Shown one piece after another: positions 12,806-27,622 of a DNA stretch of 64,000 nt. The first letter of the stretch is position 1; every line of letters begins with the position of its first letter. Both the position numbers and the translations under genes were made by a program. This stretch comes from Podarcis gaigeae (taxonomy: Eukaryota), in the NCBI GenBank assembly GCA_964106915.2, contig OZ066915.1, one strand, 5' to 3'. Below the pieces are notes generated by a model, which had not been told where the DNA came from, did no database searches, and saw nothing but the letters and a program-made list of their open reading frames with translations.

Positions 12806-15800
12806 CATCCACTCCAGTAGTGCTAACCTAAATTTCAGGTGTGTGTGTGTGTGAATCCCTCCTGCAAAATACAGCATCTACTCAGATAGATGCTGTGTGC
12901 TTCTCCAATGAGCAGTAAATCAGAAGAAAACCCCCACCCACCCAAAGATGCTTTCCTCTGTGAAACCACATAAATCACCTCCCCTTCAATATGCCTAGAT
13001 GTACATAGTTTTGTTAACAGACAACCTTTCCTGGTGGGTGCAAGTACAAGAACCAAATGTACAACCCCTTGTGAAAGAGTTGGAGAAACATGCAAATTGC
13101 GTCCTATAACCTGCTCTTAGTCATTGCGCTGGGGGAAGTTGCTCTTGCAATGCAACTACTTCAGTACACAAAGTACATTTGCTTCTCTGCATTCCTTACT
13201 GTCTTTCAAGAGCCTCAGGAATGTGAGATACTTTCTCCTTAAAAAATGATTGTGACTTGCAGCAGCTGCCTGGGAGGAAGTATTTTCTCTCCCTTCCTTT
13301 CCACATAGCATATTGCAGTATTCTCCATGAGCTCACCTTAGGGCTTGCATAACAGCTGAGATAGCAAAGCGGAGGAATTTACAGAGGACTTTCCACCAGC
13401 CCTGCTCTACTAATTAGGCCTATGGAACATCAAGGCAAGGAAATGAGCAGCATTGCTTGTATAGTAGAGTTGCAAGACTTGAGCAGGAGATAGATTGTCA
13501 TGTGAATGCCCAAATGCCTGCATTACAGTTTCTTGCAGAGAGAACTTTGCAGCACAGTTTTGTGATGGGAAGGAATGTGAAATCACCTCTTGCTTGTCTG
13601 TATTTCCCGCTCTAGGCTCAATCCTTGTTTCCCTTGAATAATCATCATGAAAATACATATACTCAGAGACTACAAAAGCTGTATTTTTAAAACAAAAATA
13701 ACACCAGTTTATTTTATATTTAATAATGGACTTTATTAATTCCATCACAGACACTCATGACAGCTGTAGTTTGGATATATTCTACAATGCAGTAAATAAT
13801 AAAAAACAAATAATAATCCTATTTCTTTTCTTTTTGTAAGTGGGGAATAAGCTGCAATACAAAAAGCATCTCAGATGTGATACAATAGTTGCGGATTGTA
13901 CTTTCTGGAAACAACTGAAGATGATAAGATTTTCCAACTACATGGGGTCTGAGGTTTTTGTATGTCTCCGCCCTGGGTGTTTATTTGTATTATTTGTATC
14001 TGTTTTCACTCCTAACTTTATTTTTGTGTATGTGTGTTTTGTATTTCTTTTGAATCTGTTTTAGTTGTTTTTATTGTATGGTTTCTTCCAAAGAAAAGAC
14101 GTCATATTTGATCTGCCAAAATAAATTGGGGTGGGGAGGGAGGATAATATATATCAGAAAACAGCAGATGGCAAGAAACACACAGGATGATTTAGGGATT
14201 ACCCCTCCCCTTTCCCTCTTTTCAAATGTGCCTGGCATTTGAGTTCTAAATGCATTAAGTGCAAATACGTATGCTCCACTGAAAGCAAGGGAGTTGCCAT
14301 TAAAGTTCAGTGTTCAGGACTGTGGTATAAGTCACAACATAGTGAGCTAGGGCCTTTTTGCAGCTGGGCCAAATAGACATTTTGTGGAGGAGGGGGATTT
14401 TCAGGGCTCGCCGGCTGTGTCTTGTAAAATAAAAAAGTCACTGGGAGTCCAAATCATCAGCTACCCACTTCACCTCCTCCTCCTCTTCCACTTCTGCTTC
14501 CTCCTCTCCAGCACATGGTGCACCTGCCGCTTTCTGCTCTCCCCGCCCACTGTCCCCACCACAGCATCCTTCCTTAGAAGAGTGTGAGGCAATGTGATAA
14601 GCCAAGGCGGCCTCAGATCTTCAGAGGTGCCCACACCACTTCTGCTTTGCTATTGCAGCAAAACCTATTAAATAAGCTGTTAAGTATAGTTTTTACCATT
14701 CTGGCAGGGTGATGGCAGTGCCAGCCTGAAATAGTACCCTACGTTGTGAGACATAGCAGCCTTTCTTCCAGGGCAGAGGGTTTTGGAAAGGTGTTTGCCA
14801 GGTGTTGCCAGCCGCTTTGTTGCACTGGCAAATACTGTTTAAAGTTTAACAGCAAACTGTTGGACTTTGGACGGTTCTTGTTGTCACAGCAAAGCAGTAG
14901 CATGGGCACTGCTGTAGGCTTTCTGTGGCCATCTTACCCCACAATCCTTTGTTCTGAGGAAGGAGCCTGTGTTGGGATGCAGCTTCCTTCATCTGAGTGA
15001 GGCATTGGCTTAACTGGGTGAGAAGGCTTGACAGAGCTCGACAGGAGCAGCTGCTTTCCTGTGGCAGCAAATGCTCTTTAAAGTTTGACAACATGCTATT
15101 AAAACTGCAAACAGCTTTTCTGTGGTCGTGGCGAAATGCGTTAGGCCAGGGGCTGCTCCTCCGCCGTGCCCAGGAAGCACACCCAGCTTTCTACTTCGCA
15201 GGGGGTGGGAGGCCAAGGAATGGGTAGGTGGGTGACAGGAGGGAGGTGGCAGCAGTGATGGACGTGCAGGCTCTTTGCCATCCCTCCCATTCTTCCACCT
15301 GAGACAAATGTCTCAGTTCACCTCATGGTGGAGCCGGCCCACAGAACTCTCCCATCATGCCTAGCGTGCCTCATAGGTGCATCATGCCAGCGTTTTGCTG
15401 TGTACACATTTGTTACCCAACCACAGCTTGATCGAAAGGCTCCTTCTCTTTTGTGCTAGTCATTTGAAATAAGACGATCTCAGGTGACTGGACAATGGAG
15501 TTGAATTTGAAACTGGTAGTATGAGTAGACTTTGGATCATACAGAACAAATACCAGCTTCTGTTTGTTCTACTCAGAACAAAGAGAGTCAGGCAGCTCTT
15601 ATCTGAACAAAACAATTTGCATTTAACTTTGAACTTTTCTTCCCTTCGCCACTCATGCATTACGTGACACAAAGTCACTCGTCAGCAAGCTGAGGCCCAT
15701 AGAGTCTATAATAATAGCTTATCTGTGCTTTTAATCACATTGAAGTGAACTAAGGCTGTGTAAACACAATACATTTAAAGCACACACACCCCGCAAGTAA

Positions 15801-17083
15801 TTTTGGGAAATGTAATTTACCCCTCACAGAGCTATAGTTCCCAGCACCCTTACCAAACTACAGTTCCCAGGATTTTTTTGTGGTGTTGGTGGGGAAATGG
15901 GCTTGAAATGTGTTTTAAATGTATGGTGTGTATGCAAATGAGACACTTGTCTTGTAGCAGAAGAAGATATCTATTTCAGTCTCACAAACTTTGACCCTCA
16001 AAGCTATTTGTTGGTACCTTATACAGGGTAAAAGGCTGTTTATGGGAAAGAATTCAGTACTCTTGCCCTTTACAATAACCACAAATGTGAAGCCGCCTGG
16101 TAGAAGTCCTGCTCCTCCTCCTCCTTCTTGCTGCTAACCGACCCCAGTGGCCTCCCCACTGTGAAATTGTTACAGTAAATGCCACATTTTTAACCAGTGC
16201 TTTCCTTTTAGGGGAAAAAAGGTGCTGGTACTGTGTACCCTTGAGTACCCCCAGAAAAAAAGCAATGCTCCCAGCCTACGTCATTCCAAGTTGAAACCCT
16301 AAACCTGGCCTTTGCCTCTGTCCACCAGCTCCCAGCAAAAAAAGTACCCCACGCCACCCTTGCCTGGCAGTCTTACCCGATGATGATGATGATGATGATT
16401 ACTATTAATTAAATTTATATACCACTCTATACCCGCAGGTCTCAGGGTGGTTCATTGATTTCATTGATGGGCCATCACTGGCTTTTGTCCCCTGCTAATG
16501 GCCCATCCAGCTGGCTTTGTGGAGCTGGCTTGGCTTCTTAGTATAACTAAATCCTGTGGGTTTCTGTGATTGGCAAAGTTTAATCAAACCTGGATTAATT
16601 CTAACTTTTGCTAAATCCAGGAATTATGGGGAGGGTGTGGCACCCAGCAATTTAGGGGAATCTGGCCCCCCACAAACCCATAACCGTACTCTGCCAGACC
16701 ATTTTAGTTTCAGACAGTTTTTATTGGGTTATGATTCCGGTAGACTTACATACTTGTGTGTGTGATTGCACATGTGAAACTCAACAGCAATATGTTGACA
16801 TTCAACTCTGATTTACAGCAAGAGATATTTCGGAAGTTTCTCTGAGGTATTCAGGAAGTAGTGCAGAGACTACAAGGTCATCAGCAGGCACTGAGAACAA
16901 AATTGCACTGAGATCTGCTTTATGTAATGACATAGAAAATATGTCATATCACTGCACCTCTGCAGTATGATGCAATTTTATATCATACTGATGTAAGATT
17001 ATCACACAATTGACCTCCCTTTGGGAGTCTGGTGCAGCCAAGATTGATTTTGTGGGGTTTGGGTGGGATGAGAATATTATATG

Positions 17084-17084
<1 letters not shown>

Positions 17085-17127
<43 letters not shown>

Positions 17128-17333
17128 CCCTCCCATCTGGCTGGGTTTCTCCAGCCACTCTGAGCGGCTTACAACCTATCTAAAAACATAATAAGAACAT
17201 CAATCCGTAAAAACTTCCCTAAACAGGGCCGCCTTCAGATGTCTTATAAAAGTCAGACAGTTGTTTATTTCCTTGACATCTGAAGGGAGAGCGTTCCATA
17301 GGGAGGGCACCACTACTGAGAAGGCCCTCTGCC
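17085..17333 (-). mobile_element. L2 LINE 3' end with (TTA)n tail
   Basis: Minus strand reads RAFSVVVPSLWNALPSDVKEINNCLTFIRHLKAALF, a typical L2 ORF2 C-terminus. It abuts an (AAT)n array. Confidence 0.85.
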
Positions 17334-17460
17334 TTATGATGTCATGATCACATGTGGCAATTCATTTGCACATTTATTTTGCTGCATTGCATATGTGGCA
17401 TTCATAGTATTCAGGGACTGGAACCTGTGGCCAATCATGACTTCCTAACGTTTGCAAATA

Positions 17461-17702
17461 CAGTGGTACCTCGGGTTAAGTACTTAATTCGTTCTGGAGG
17501 TCTGTTCTTCACCTGAAACTGTTCTTTACCTGAAGCACCACTTTAGTTAATGGGGCCCCCTGCTGCCGCCGCGACGCCGGAGCATGATTTCTGTTCTCAT
17601 CCTGAAGCAAAGTTCTTAACCTGAAGCACTATTTCTGGGTTAGCGGAGTCCGTAACCTGAAGCTTATGTAACCTGAAGTGTATGTAACCTGAGATACCAC
17701 TG
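17461..17702. mobile_element. Tigger/pogo-like MITE
   Basis: TA|CAGTGGTACCTC ... GAGATACCACTG|TA, with internal aacctgaag repeats. Confidence 0.85.
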
Positions 17703-20698
17703 TACACTATACATGCATACATACATACTCACGATATATCATGATCTATACATTATCTGGTGCTCTTCTATCCCACTGCACAGAAACACTTCTCTCCTAA
17801 CTGATAGTTTAAGACATTAAATAACTCAGGTAAGACATCAGAGTTTGTAAGGAGCCTGAGTCTACTTTGGAAGCATTTTTAAATTGAATGGGCATATTAG
17901 CAGCATAGTGAGCTTATCTTTGCCCCAAGTGCAAAGACACTAAACAGTCTAGGTCCAAAGAAACTTAAGAACTGCCTGAGCCCTCCTATACATTCAAAAT
18001 CAGTTGGAGAGGTCCTGGTACAGACCTCTTACTTGAAAGTGGGGTCCTCAGGTGAGGTCAGGTACAGGTTTTTATTAGCTGTTGCCCCAATTTCTATAGC
18101 ATTCCCTCTCCCTGCTGTTAGGAAACTGGATCAGATTTATTATCGTATCCTGAAGTCAAACTGTATTTTTAAATGTTTTATGGTATTGTGCATTGAGTTT
18201 GAAGACATAAAATAAAATAAAACAAACACGATCCAACAATCTAACTTCTAAGTGAAGGGGGTTTGGAGTGGAGAGGCACCAGACTTTGCACTGATAAAGC
18301 AGCTTCCACAGAATTGCATTTTTGACATACCACTTCCCTAATTCTGCAATTTATTCTAAATATGTCCCAGTTTTCCAAGAATTTATCGTACCATTTGGTT
18401 CTATAAAGTTCAGTCAGCCACAAGAGTTTTAGCTGCTCCCCTGTATCTGCTGGCGAGATGCATGGAACATGAGTCACTGGGATGATGCATATAAGAAACA
18501 AGGACAGCTAGAAGGGTCAAAGTCTTGGAGCGTAATTTGTCTCTTCCACGCCATGCTAGTGTAACTCCAGAGACCTGAATGAGTGATCAGTTTCGCCTGT
18601 ACTGGGATAAAGTAAGATTTGGGGCTTCTGCCTAGAATCGTATCTTTTGACGATGACACATGGTGAATTCCTCCCAGGATTTGGCTGAATTAATTTCTCA
18701 TCAGCATCACTGCTGCCCCGGGTCCTCTGCTTGTGCTGGGGTCATTACAAGGTGGCACGTATTGCAGGGCCATTCTTCAGCTGAACTTTTTCTATAACAG
18801 TTCAAGGGGCTGGAAGATCTTGACAAGCCTTTTAAATGACCCCAGAGCAATTGGTTCCCGGTATACAACCTGCCACAATCCACAACTTCTCCTTTTCATA
18901 ACCCCAGTTAAACGTCTTTGCTCAAGTGCATACGTCGTAATGTATTTTGCAATCTAACCGCACGCAAGACAATCCAGCAAGCGTCAGCTAACAGATTACT
19001 GTAGTGTAATTTGTTCAGGGTGCCACAAGGGATACATTGTCAGAGGCCCGTGCCAGTCCACTGTGTGTCTGCACTGTCCCTTGTGTACAGCTGTGATGCT
19101 GAAGAACCAAGAGTTGTTACCATTTTGGATAAGAAAGCAGAATAGTGCAACACAGTGCAACCGAGCCGAGATCAAGGAGAGAAAATGGGAAGTGACAGCA
19201 ATTTTTTTCTCATCTTCTGTCCTGTCCTTTCATTTTATGTACATTTAGCTTGCTGCCATGGAAAGCTGCCATGTGGCAGGTACATCATGTGCTACAGGTG
19301 CTTTCATGACATCCACATGACCCCAGCTGGTGTCCGGATTAGGGAAATTAACAAGCACTCTGAAGAATAAATTTCCCTAGGATGGAAAGAAGAAGAAATA
19401 GCCTGTCATGACCGTTACTGTACGGTTTCATTTCCAAAGACGCTTAAAGCTAAGTTTATTTTAAGGGAACAGGGTGGTGTCGGCATGGGAAGCAGCCATC
19501 TTGCTGGCCCAGCCCCACAGCCCCACCCACACAATTAACTTTCTTCAAATGTTATGGGAAGTGGCATGTGAGCAGACAGTTCTGTATCCACTGCTGGGAA
19601 CCACAGTTTTATATCACTGCTGTGACACCAGCTGCTAAAGGACAAAGCAGTATGTCTCTTACCAGGAGGACCACATTATCCTGGTTCTGCATTGGCTAAA
19701 TCAGGAGTGGACAGACTGGAAGCTTGTGGGATCTACTTAATTCAGTTACATGAACCCTGAAGCCCATCAACTAGAGACAGGTGAATGTGGTCAGAGGCAT
19801 ACCTAGGCTCCCTTGCACCCTTGTCAAGGAGCTTTATCAGTGCCCCCCACCCCTGGCCCTTGTACCCTTGGCAAGAAGATGTATCAGTGTGTCCCACATG
19901 GACCAGAAACTAAAAAGACAGAGCTTTTTGTCACCTTTCACATTTTACCAATGAACACTTCTAATAGTGCACAGGCAGGCAGGCAGGCAGGCTTATAGCC
20001 ACTCTGAGGCAGAGTGCAGAGGTGCAATTTTTGCACTCCCCTGGGCCTGGACCCTGGGCAGGGGCAACTTAACCAACCCCTAGGTATGCTCCTGAAAATG
20101 GTGATTCAGGAGGGTGGCCATAAGCTAAGAACTAAGGATCCTTTGGAGGAGCTTTATACTTGTTGTTTTTTGATATTTGAGAGTCAGAAAGTCTTGCCAA
20201 TCTACTGCAAATCACCAAAATCCTTCGCAGGCACAGGTAAAAAAAATTGATTGGCACAATGTTCTGTTGTCCCTCCTTGCTCTTACAGGAACTGTTTCAT
20301 TTCTTACTGTTTCACTAGGGCTCTGAAATGCAGGTACTAAGCACAGGAGTAGCAGGGCCTGAGAAAAGTCACATTATGGAACGCTCCTAATTCCCTAATA
20401 GTAGATAGATGGCTTCAATCTCGTCTGGATAGCTCATGATTTTGCTGTCAAAGAGGTCAACCTTATCAAGAGGTCTGAACTATTGCATCATGTGTCAAAT
20501 AGCTGTCCCAGGAAACTCAACTTTGACCTTTTGTAAACTAGCTCAAACCAGTTTAGTACATCCCCAATAAAATGACAAGGTGTATTTGGGGAAGGTGTAA
20601 TCAGCTAAGGCCTTTGACTTTAAGATCCTCTTGTGCTGCCCGTTGTGGTTCTGTCATAAATTAGAATGAACATTCTAGTGTACCCAAGGACCATAAAT

Positions 20699-20901
20699 TA
20701 GGGTTGCCATATTTCAAAAATCTGTACCAATTCTTACCCGAAGTTGTTAAGCTTTTTTTTAGACAAACCCCAAAGTTTGTCTGGATCTCACTTGACAAAG
20801 AGCCAGAACAAACCACCGCCTTCCGGAATTCCCCCTGGTCATCACTTCTGCCTTTGAAATCCCAGTAATGTCTGGGAGATCCCAGATGTATGGCAGCCCT
20901 G
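20699..20901. mobile_element. hAT (Blackjack-like) MITE
   Basis: TAGGGTTGCCATA ... TATGGCAGCCCTG inverted ends. Degenerate 8-bp TSD ccataaat/ccagacat. Confidence 0.7.
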
Positions 20902-23722
20902 CCAGACATGTCTACTCAAGCATCCCTTTTCAGAACAGACCACTTTGGGAAGTCATCTAAACTGCTGCCCATTCTTATGAAAATTCTAGTTTACCTCAGA
21001 ATCATAAATTTGATTACAAATAACCCCCAAGGCAGTTCCTGAAGTTGCTTGTAGCTACACATGTTGCTGTCATTTCCTTCTTCCTTGCATATTGCTGCCT
21101 ACACACCTCCCACACAGCTCTTCTAAATGTTTCTAAATGTTGTCCTCATTTGTGCCGGTTGCTGGTCTCTATGATTTCAGCACTCTGTTGTACTTGGATA
21201 TTTCATTATTTCATTATTCTCTTGTTTCAAGCCTAGAGTCATGGTCAGTTCCAACATTTACTGCTAAATCTCAAGAGCTACTGACCTTGGGTGATACCAA
21301 TTCTTTCTATATACTGAAAAATGTTGGTCTTTTCTACCAAGAGAGGTAGGTTGATGTCCAAAGTAAGCCTGGTAGATACCATCTGTTCTCTGAGTAAGAA
21401 GTAAATTTTAACTTTTTCCAAGTACTTCCAATGAATGGCTCAACTTCTTCCTAGTTTCCAATATTTACATGAAAGTGTTTCTGTTTGTCAATATGAAATG
21501 ATAAAGGAATTCAAGTGCAATCCTGAATAAACATCCCAAAGATCCATGTGTTAGAAGTATTGGTAAATGACAATTTTTGTAGTTTTGAACTTCGATGAAA
21601 ATGCTTTTTGACGTTAATGGCAGTCATGGCTAAACTGATCTTTTTTCAAAGACATTGAGAGGGAAGAGACTATATAACATATTTGTAAGATGGCAGAAAT
21701 TTATTGATTAGTAGTAAGACTTATTGGTTTACAATGTATTAATATTTATGAAGAAGTAGTATGGTAAATGATACAGATATGGCAAATGCCTTTTTATCTT
21801 GAGAAATATTAGTGAAACCATGCTTTTGATAGGTTTATGATTCGGGATGAACATAGGTAGGAATGATTAAACATATCCTTCAGTTAGGCTGTAATTATAA
21901 TTTCTGATCATGGATGAGGTGATTATAGTTTTGCTGCTTGCTTTTGTTATGATCAGTAATTTCAGTTTATTTTTATTTGAGACAGAAATAGGTATGTTTC
22001 TGAGACAATAGCTAATCTGTGCTAGAGAAGCAGACATAATTTTTATGAATGAGGTAATAAGTCTGTTTGGTCTTGTTTTACACATTATACATTTATTGTT
22101 TTGGCCTATACATTCAGAAATTGTTTTCACCATGTACCTTTCAGAGCTTTGGAGAAATAAAGGAAAAGGTTTTTTGATTGGCTCACATCTTGGCAGTAAG
22201 CTGGGCTGGATTGTGAAACAATCATACAAAGAAAGGAAATGTCAACATTCTGATATACTTTTCCCTGGGAGTCCTGATGCTACTATGCCCTGGCCTGCAC
22301 AGGTACCGATGTCATATAGAGAATTTGGTACTTGGGAGATGATTACACAGTGGTTCAAACAGTCATGATGGGAAGAGTTCTCCTTGGGTTTTTAAAAATC
22401 TAAACATGCTTTCACGTATCTTGTTGTAGTCTTATATTTTGAGCAGGCTTGATATGGCAGAATATGTAATACTGGACAGTACAGTTTTCATAACACTGAA
22501 TCTAGAGTATTCATTCCTTCTTACTACCACCAGCAGCAACTTTATGCTGCCTGAGAATTGCCAGCAAGAAGAACTTGATGAGAGGTAGGAGGGTTGTTCT
22601 TACCTATAAAAGGAGGCAGAGCACTCAGAGAAAGGGTTCATTTCTCATCTGGAAAGTATCGCAGGCTTCACCGCAGTTGCCTTGGAAAGTTCTGTGGCGC
22701 AGGTATTGCATCTGAAGGAATGGGAGTAACCAGGAAGTGAGGATGCTGTGGGAGTCTGCTTCACACCCTAGAGCTGAGTCAGAATACCTTCATTTGGTGG
22801 CGGATGTGAACCATCAGGCCAATAGAATAGATCAAAAACTCTTGGAAAGCAGCACAGATATATATCAATGGCCTTCACAGTAACGGGCAAAGGATGGTTC
22901 CCAATGGTTTCAGTGAGGCTGGTTTCATAAATGATGTTGCATTTTAGTCTGAAATGTGTCATTTATGAATGCTGTTAATTGCCGTACAGAAAGTGTAAAT
23001 GCACTCTTTAAAAACCTAGTGTATGTTTTTGTCATGGTAGCTGATTCATTTGATTTGCAGAAGCAGAAAATGCAAGAAATAATTTATTTATTACTTGTGA
23101 AAGTGGTGTCATTCATTATTTTTATATTGTACACTATATATTGTCAGTGTACATGTTTTCTGAGTGAGAGTGATAATGTAACTGAATAAACCACTGGCTT
23201 CATTTGATTCAATCTTAGCTTTATCTACTTGAACAAAGGATACATCCTTTGACTTTGGTGCTGAAATAACGTAAACGTTATAAAGCAAATAATTTAAAGT
23301 CTTCCTTCTTGCTTCAGTGTCTTGAGATAATTGCTCAATAATACTATCAAGGAACTGTAGTGGCCCCAATCAAATTGGTCCAGGCTGGCACCTAATATAT
23401 GTCCTAAGGTGCATATTTGGTTTTTTCAAGCAGTTCATTCAGTATTTCTTGGGGCTGTGGCAGATATGGGTTATTTCTGGGATAGCTAGAAAAAGAGAAC
23501 CCTACCATCAGTGGCATGGTCAAAAGAGGAGGTTCATGCACCTCAGATAATGCATTGCCTTTCTGCTAGCTGAGAAAATCAAGAGCATTCTCTTCCTCTC
23601 AGGGTTTATTTTGCACATTCAGGCCTCAAGATTTATCTGAAAGTTGTTTACAAATGGGTCTTCTAGCCACCAATTCTTTCTGACTATTTTGGATCAGTCA
23701 AACATCATTGTGGTATTGTACA

Positions 23723-23971
23723 CCTGCCCACCTAGCAGTTCGAAAGCACATTAAAGTGCAAGTAGATAAATAGGTACCGCTCCGGCGGGAAGGTAAATGG
23801 CGTTTCCATGCGCTGCTCTGGTTTGCCAGAAGTGGCTTAGTCATGCTGGCCACAAGACCCGGAAGCTGTCTGTGGACAAACGCCAGCTCCCTTGGCCTAT
23901 AGAGCAAGATGAGCACACAACCCCAGAGTCGTATGCAACTGGACCTAACAATCAGGGGTACCTTTACTTTA
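23723..23971 (+). mobile_element. 5'-truncated Sauria SINE
   Basis: cctgcccacctagcagttcgaaagcac...ggggtacctttac, similar to the 3425 copy. Confidence 0.88.
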
Positions 23972-23978
23972 CACTACA

Positions 23979-23979
<1 letters not shown>

Positions 23980-24020
<41 letters not shown>

Positions 24021-24073
24021 TTTATTTATATCCCGCCCTCCCCAGCTGAAGCCGGGCTCAGGGCGGCTAACAA
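23980..24073 (-). mobile_element. L2-type 3' terminal fragment with (AAT)n tail (similar at ~16378-16452, 27765-27860, 44150-44273)
   Basis: (aat)n followed by tttatttatatcccgccctccccagct...gggctcagggcggct, shared with the 27765 copy. Confidence 0.65.
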
Positions 24074-27000
24074 CAGTAAGTGCAAGTACCAAGTGAGGTA
24101 CTTCTGGAATACTTTCTTCATTTCTGGGGTAACATTTGATGTGAGAGAAATCCACAGCAGAGGTGCTTTGCAGCTCACCCAATGGGAAATATTCTTATTC
24201 CGACCTTTTCATGTTACCCTTGAAGCATGACTTTACTCATGCACCCTGTTTTGATCCTCCACATAAGGTGCAAAGCTTCCTTGTTTGTGCCAATGAACCA
24301 TCAGTTCCATCTACCACCGAGGACAACTCAGCTGTTGTTTACACCATCACTGATAGAAGAAAGATATGAAAGGGCCATTGACCTTGTGTTAATTGTTGAA
24401 TTTTGCTCAGATCACCGCAACTTTTGAGTCAGTTCTTGAATATATATAAACTAATCAGCAGCTTGAAGAAGGTTCAAAGGTTCTTATAATAGTCTAAAGA
24501 ATAATATACACAGGCCTGTGTGAGCCTTCTATGCTGGATTTTAGCCAAGGTTGTTACCATGCAATCATGAGAGAACCCTAGTTTTATAAATAAACCATAA
24601 ATTATTTGGAAAACAACTCTGAATTAACATTGCTCTATGGAAAAACACACAAACACAAAGATTTTTAATTGTGCAAAGAAGCCTTTTAAGATCATTAGAG
24701 ATAAGATAGTGTTGACTACATCTGTGTTCTAGTAACCCCATTTTCACCGGAGGGAGAATATTTGAAAGGGAATTCAGTCCCTTAAGGATTACTGACTCAC
24801 AGAATTCATCAGTTTGCAAGCTTAGGTATCTCTGACTCTTTATGTTTTCATCACAGGTGTCCCCCCATTCTCAAATGTAATTTACCAAATGCAATGTTCA
24901 GTCACACTCTCCATAGAATATCATGTAATATGCATACAAACACACCCTGCAAGGCAGTATGGTCACTTGAAATACACAATATTCCCTGATGTGTGCTGAG
25001 TCTCAAGTCAAAAGGGAAAAGTAGATCAAGTGGTTCTTATCTGGTAGATGATTCAATGTGTGCTTAAGTTCATCTGGAGTAGGAGGAGCACAATGTCAAA
25101 TAAGCATACACCCACTCTTATAGCAGGTGGCGCTTCTCACTCAGGCACTAGCACCTATGCAACTTCTGAACAAAATCTGATGTACATTGTAGGCTTGCCT
25201 TTCTTTTCTGGCTCTGCTTTGGCAAGACACACAGAACCTAAGCAGGCGAAAGCTTTCCTAACACGAAGAGCAATTACCAGGCAACCTTCACTGTGAAGAG
25301 CTGGCCGATATGCTCAATAGCTCCTGTTTACTGGGAACAGTCCCTGTTGTCTTCTACCTGTTCAGAAAAAAGAGGGTTTACCCCTATTTTTACCAGTTAA
25401 GAAAATGTTGGGGATGCCTTAAATTTTTTTGTAGAACAAAGTTCTGACTCCTAGAGGTGCATCTTGACCCTAGAACCCCTTTGATGTAATTGTACGCCTG
25501 TGGATATGAAAAGCAAGAGGACAGCTGCCTTCCACTCCTCCACCTGATCATTTTTTTCAGATAGTAAATGTTGTTGGATGTGTTTACATCACAGCTATTC
25601 TGCAGCATGGACAACCAGCCCCACTATTATTACCTTTTAAAAAGATGTTAAATTTTCAGAGTCGTTTTACTAACACACCCTCCATTAGAAACTACAACAA
25701 GGGAGGCTATTGCAAGGTAAATTAATGAAGCATACGGTGGGCTGAAAAGGGCCTTGTAGCAGTGGGGAATGGCAGGGATGGAGGCTCTCTGAAGGTATGG
25801 ACTCCTCTCTCAAGGCCTCCTGATCTGACCGACTCTTGCTCAGGCCTGGTTATGATCCAGGGGCCTGGGATGGTCTCTAGCATCTCTGCTACTGTGATGG
25901 ATCAGGATGGTTACTCCTTGTTTGAATCATTTACTGTACTGGCTCCCTGTAATCACCTCATTTTTATGTACTGTAAAATAATATATTTAGTACTTTACCC
26001 CCTAGTGACCCATTTTTTGTTAGTCATGTCAGGTTTTATGATTTATGTGTGTACAATTTTGTAAGGAGAACATTAAAAAATATTTTTAAACCAAACAAAA
26101 AACCCTGCACACTAAAGACAGAGCACCACTAAATCTTTCATTCTAATGTGTTAAGTCTGTTACATGTAGGGAAACCTTGACACAAGAGATCATTTCATGA
26201 GTGAGAAAACACATACTCAAACACCCCTCAGCTGACACCCCCTGCTATGTATATAATGCTAAATTATATACAGTTATGTATATGAAACTAATTATTTTTT
26301 GTAACCTGCCTTGGGACAGTTTTGTCCTGAAAGGTGGCATATAGAATTCAACAAACAAACAAACATTTTAAAATGCAGCAGCAGCAACAACAACCAAGAC
26401 CCCACAAACACAAAACCATCTGCAATCTAAAGCAATACAGTCAATAATTCAGTCATGGTTCTTGTAGATTGGCTCTAAAATTTGGAATGCTTGATTGAGC
26501 AAGAGGAAGGTAACTTTACACAGGCCATAAATCAAAGCAAATTCCTTGAAAACGCTCTGACTTCAGATTAAAGTACCTAGTCATTGGGTCTTAGTCATAC
26601 ATACTGGCCTTCAGTGTTTCTGAGTCTCTCAAACATGAGGCATAGGTTCAGAATTCAGATACAGTCACATATAATCTATTTAAATTTAGAAAGTGATCAG
26701 GAAACTGAAATGTGTTGCTTTTCATTGCAGGGGGAATGAACAAAGTGCAGGAAAACAAGTTCTACATTACTAATTGTAATTCTCAGATTCAGCCCCTTTG
26801 GTTGCTTGACTCACTGCCTCAGATTCTTCATCTGTAAAATGGCATCTTCTGAGTAATAGTATGAGGATCATTTGGTAACATATGTTGAATGGTTTCTACA
26901 GTTATTAACATTACCGCTTGCTGTATTTTCTTAATTGCAAGTAAAATATAATGTTTATTTCAGTTGAGATCATCAACGACAACTAGCTTCCTATGTACTG

Positions 27001-27622
27001 ATCATGTTATCCTCACCTCATTTAAACTCTTGCTTTGCAAGCCCATTTTGGCACACTCTGGAATGATCTAAGGAACTGCGCCCAGCTGGAACGCAGTCAA
27101 ATTCCTGTTTCTTATCTCATACTTTCTAGAAGATTCATGTTATTAAACAATGTGATGACAGGGGTCTTATCTCAGGGCAATAATGTCTTAATGCTTAGAC
27201 AGGATAAAACATGGAGCATTGTCAATGTTCTGGCAGTCTTTTAGGGGGTGGGTGGGTTGTTGTTTTTAAAAGAATGTGACCTTTTAAAATATAGTGTCCC
27301 CCCCTCATACATTGTGAAATGTCTGCCAGAAAACTCACCATGGGCCTTCCAAACGCAACTTTATTAATGTGTGTAGATGAGTAACATTAATCTTACAAGT
27401 AAACCAGGTTTATGTAACTCATTTAGTAAAGCAGCCCTCCCAAATGCTGGGAATTTTAGTTTGTTAAGGGGCTGGGAATTATATCTCTGTGATGGCTCCA
27501 ATGCCCAGCATTCTTTGGGGAGAGGAGAAATGTGCTTTAAATGTAGGCAGCCTTAGCAGAGCAAGTCTAGAGTCCTGAGGTGAAGTACCTATTAGGATTC
27601 TAGGCAGAAAAAAATATTAGTT

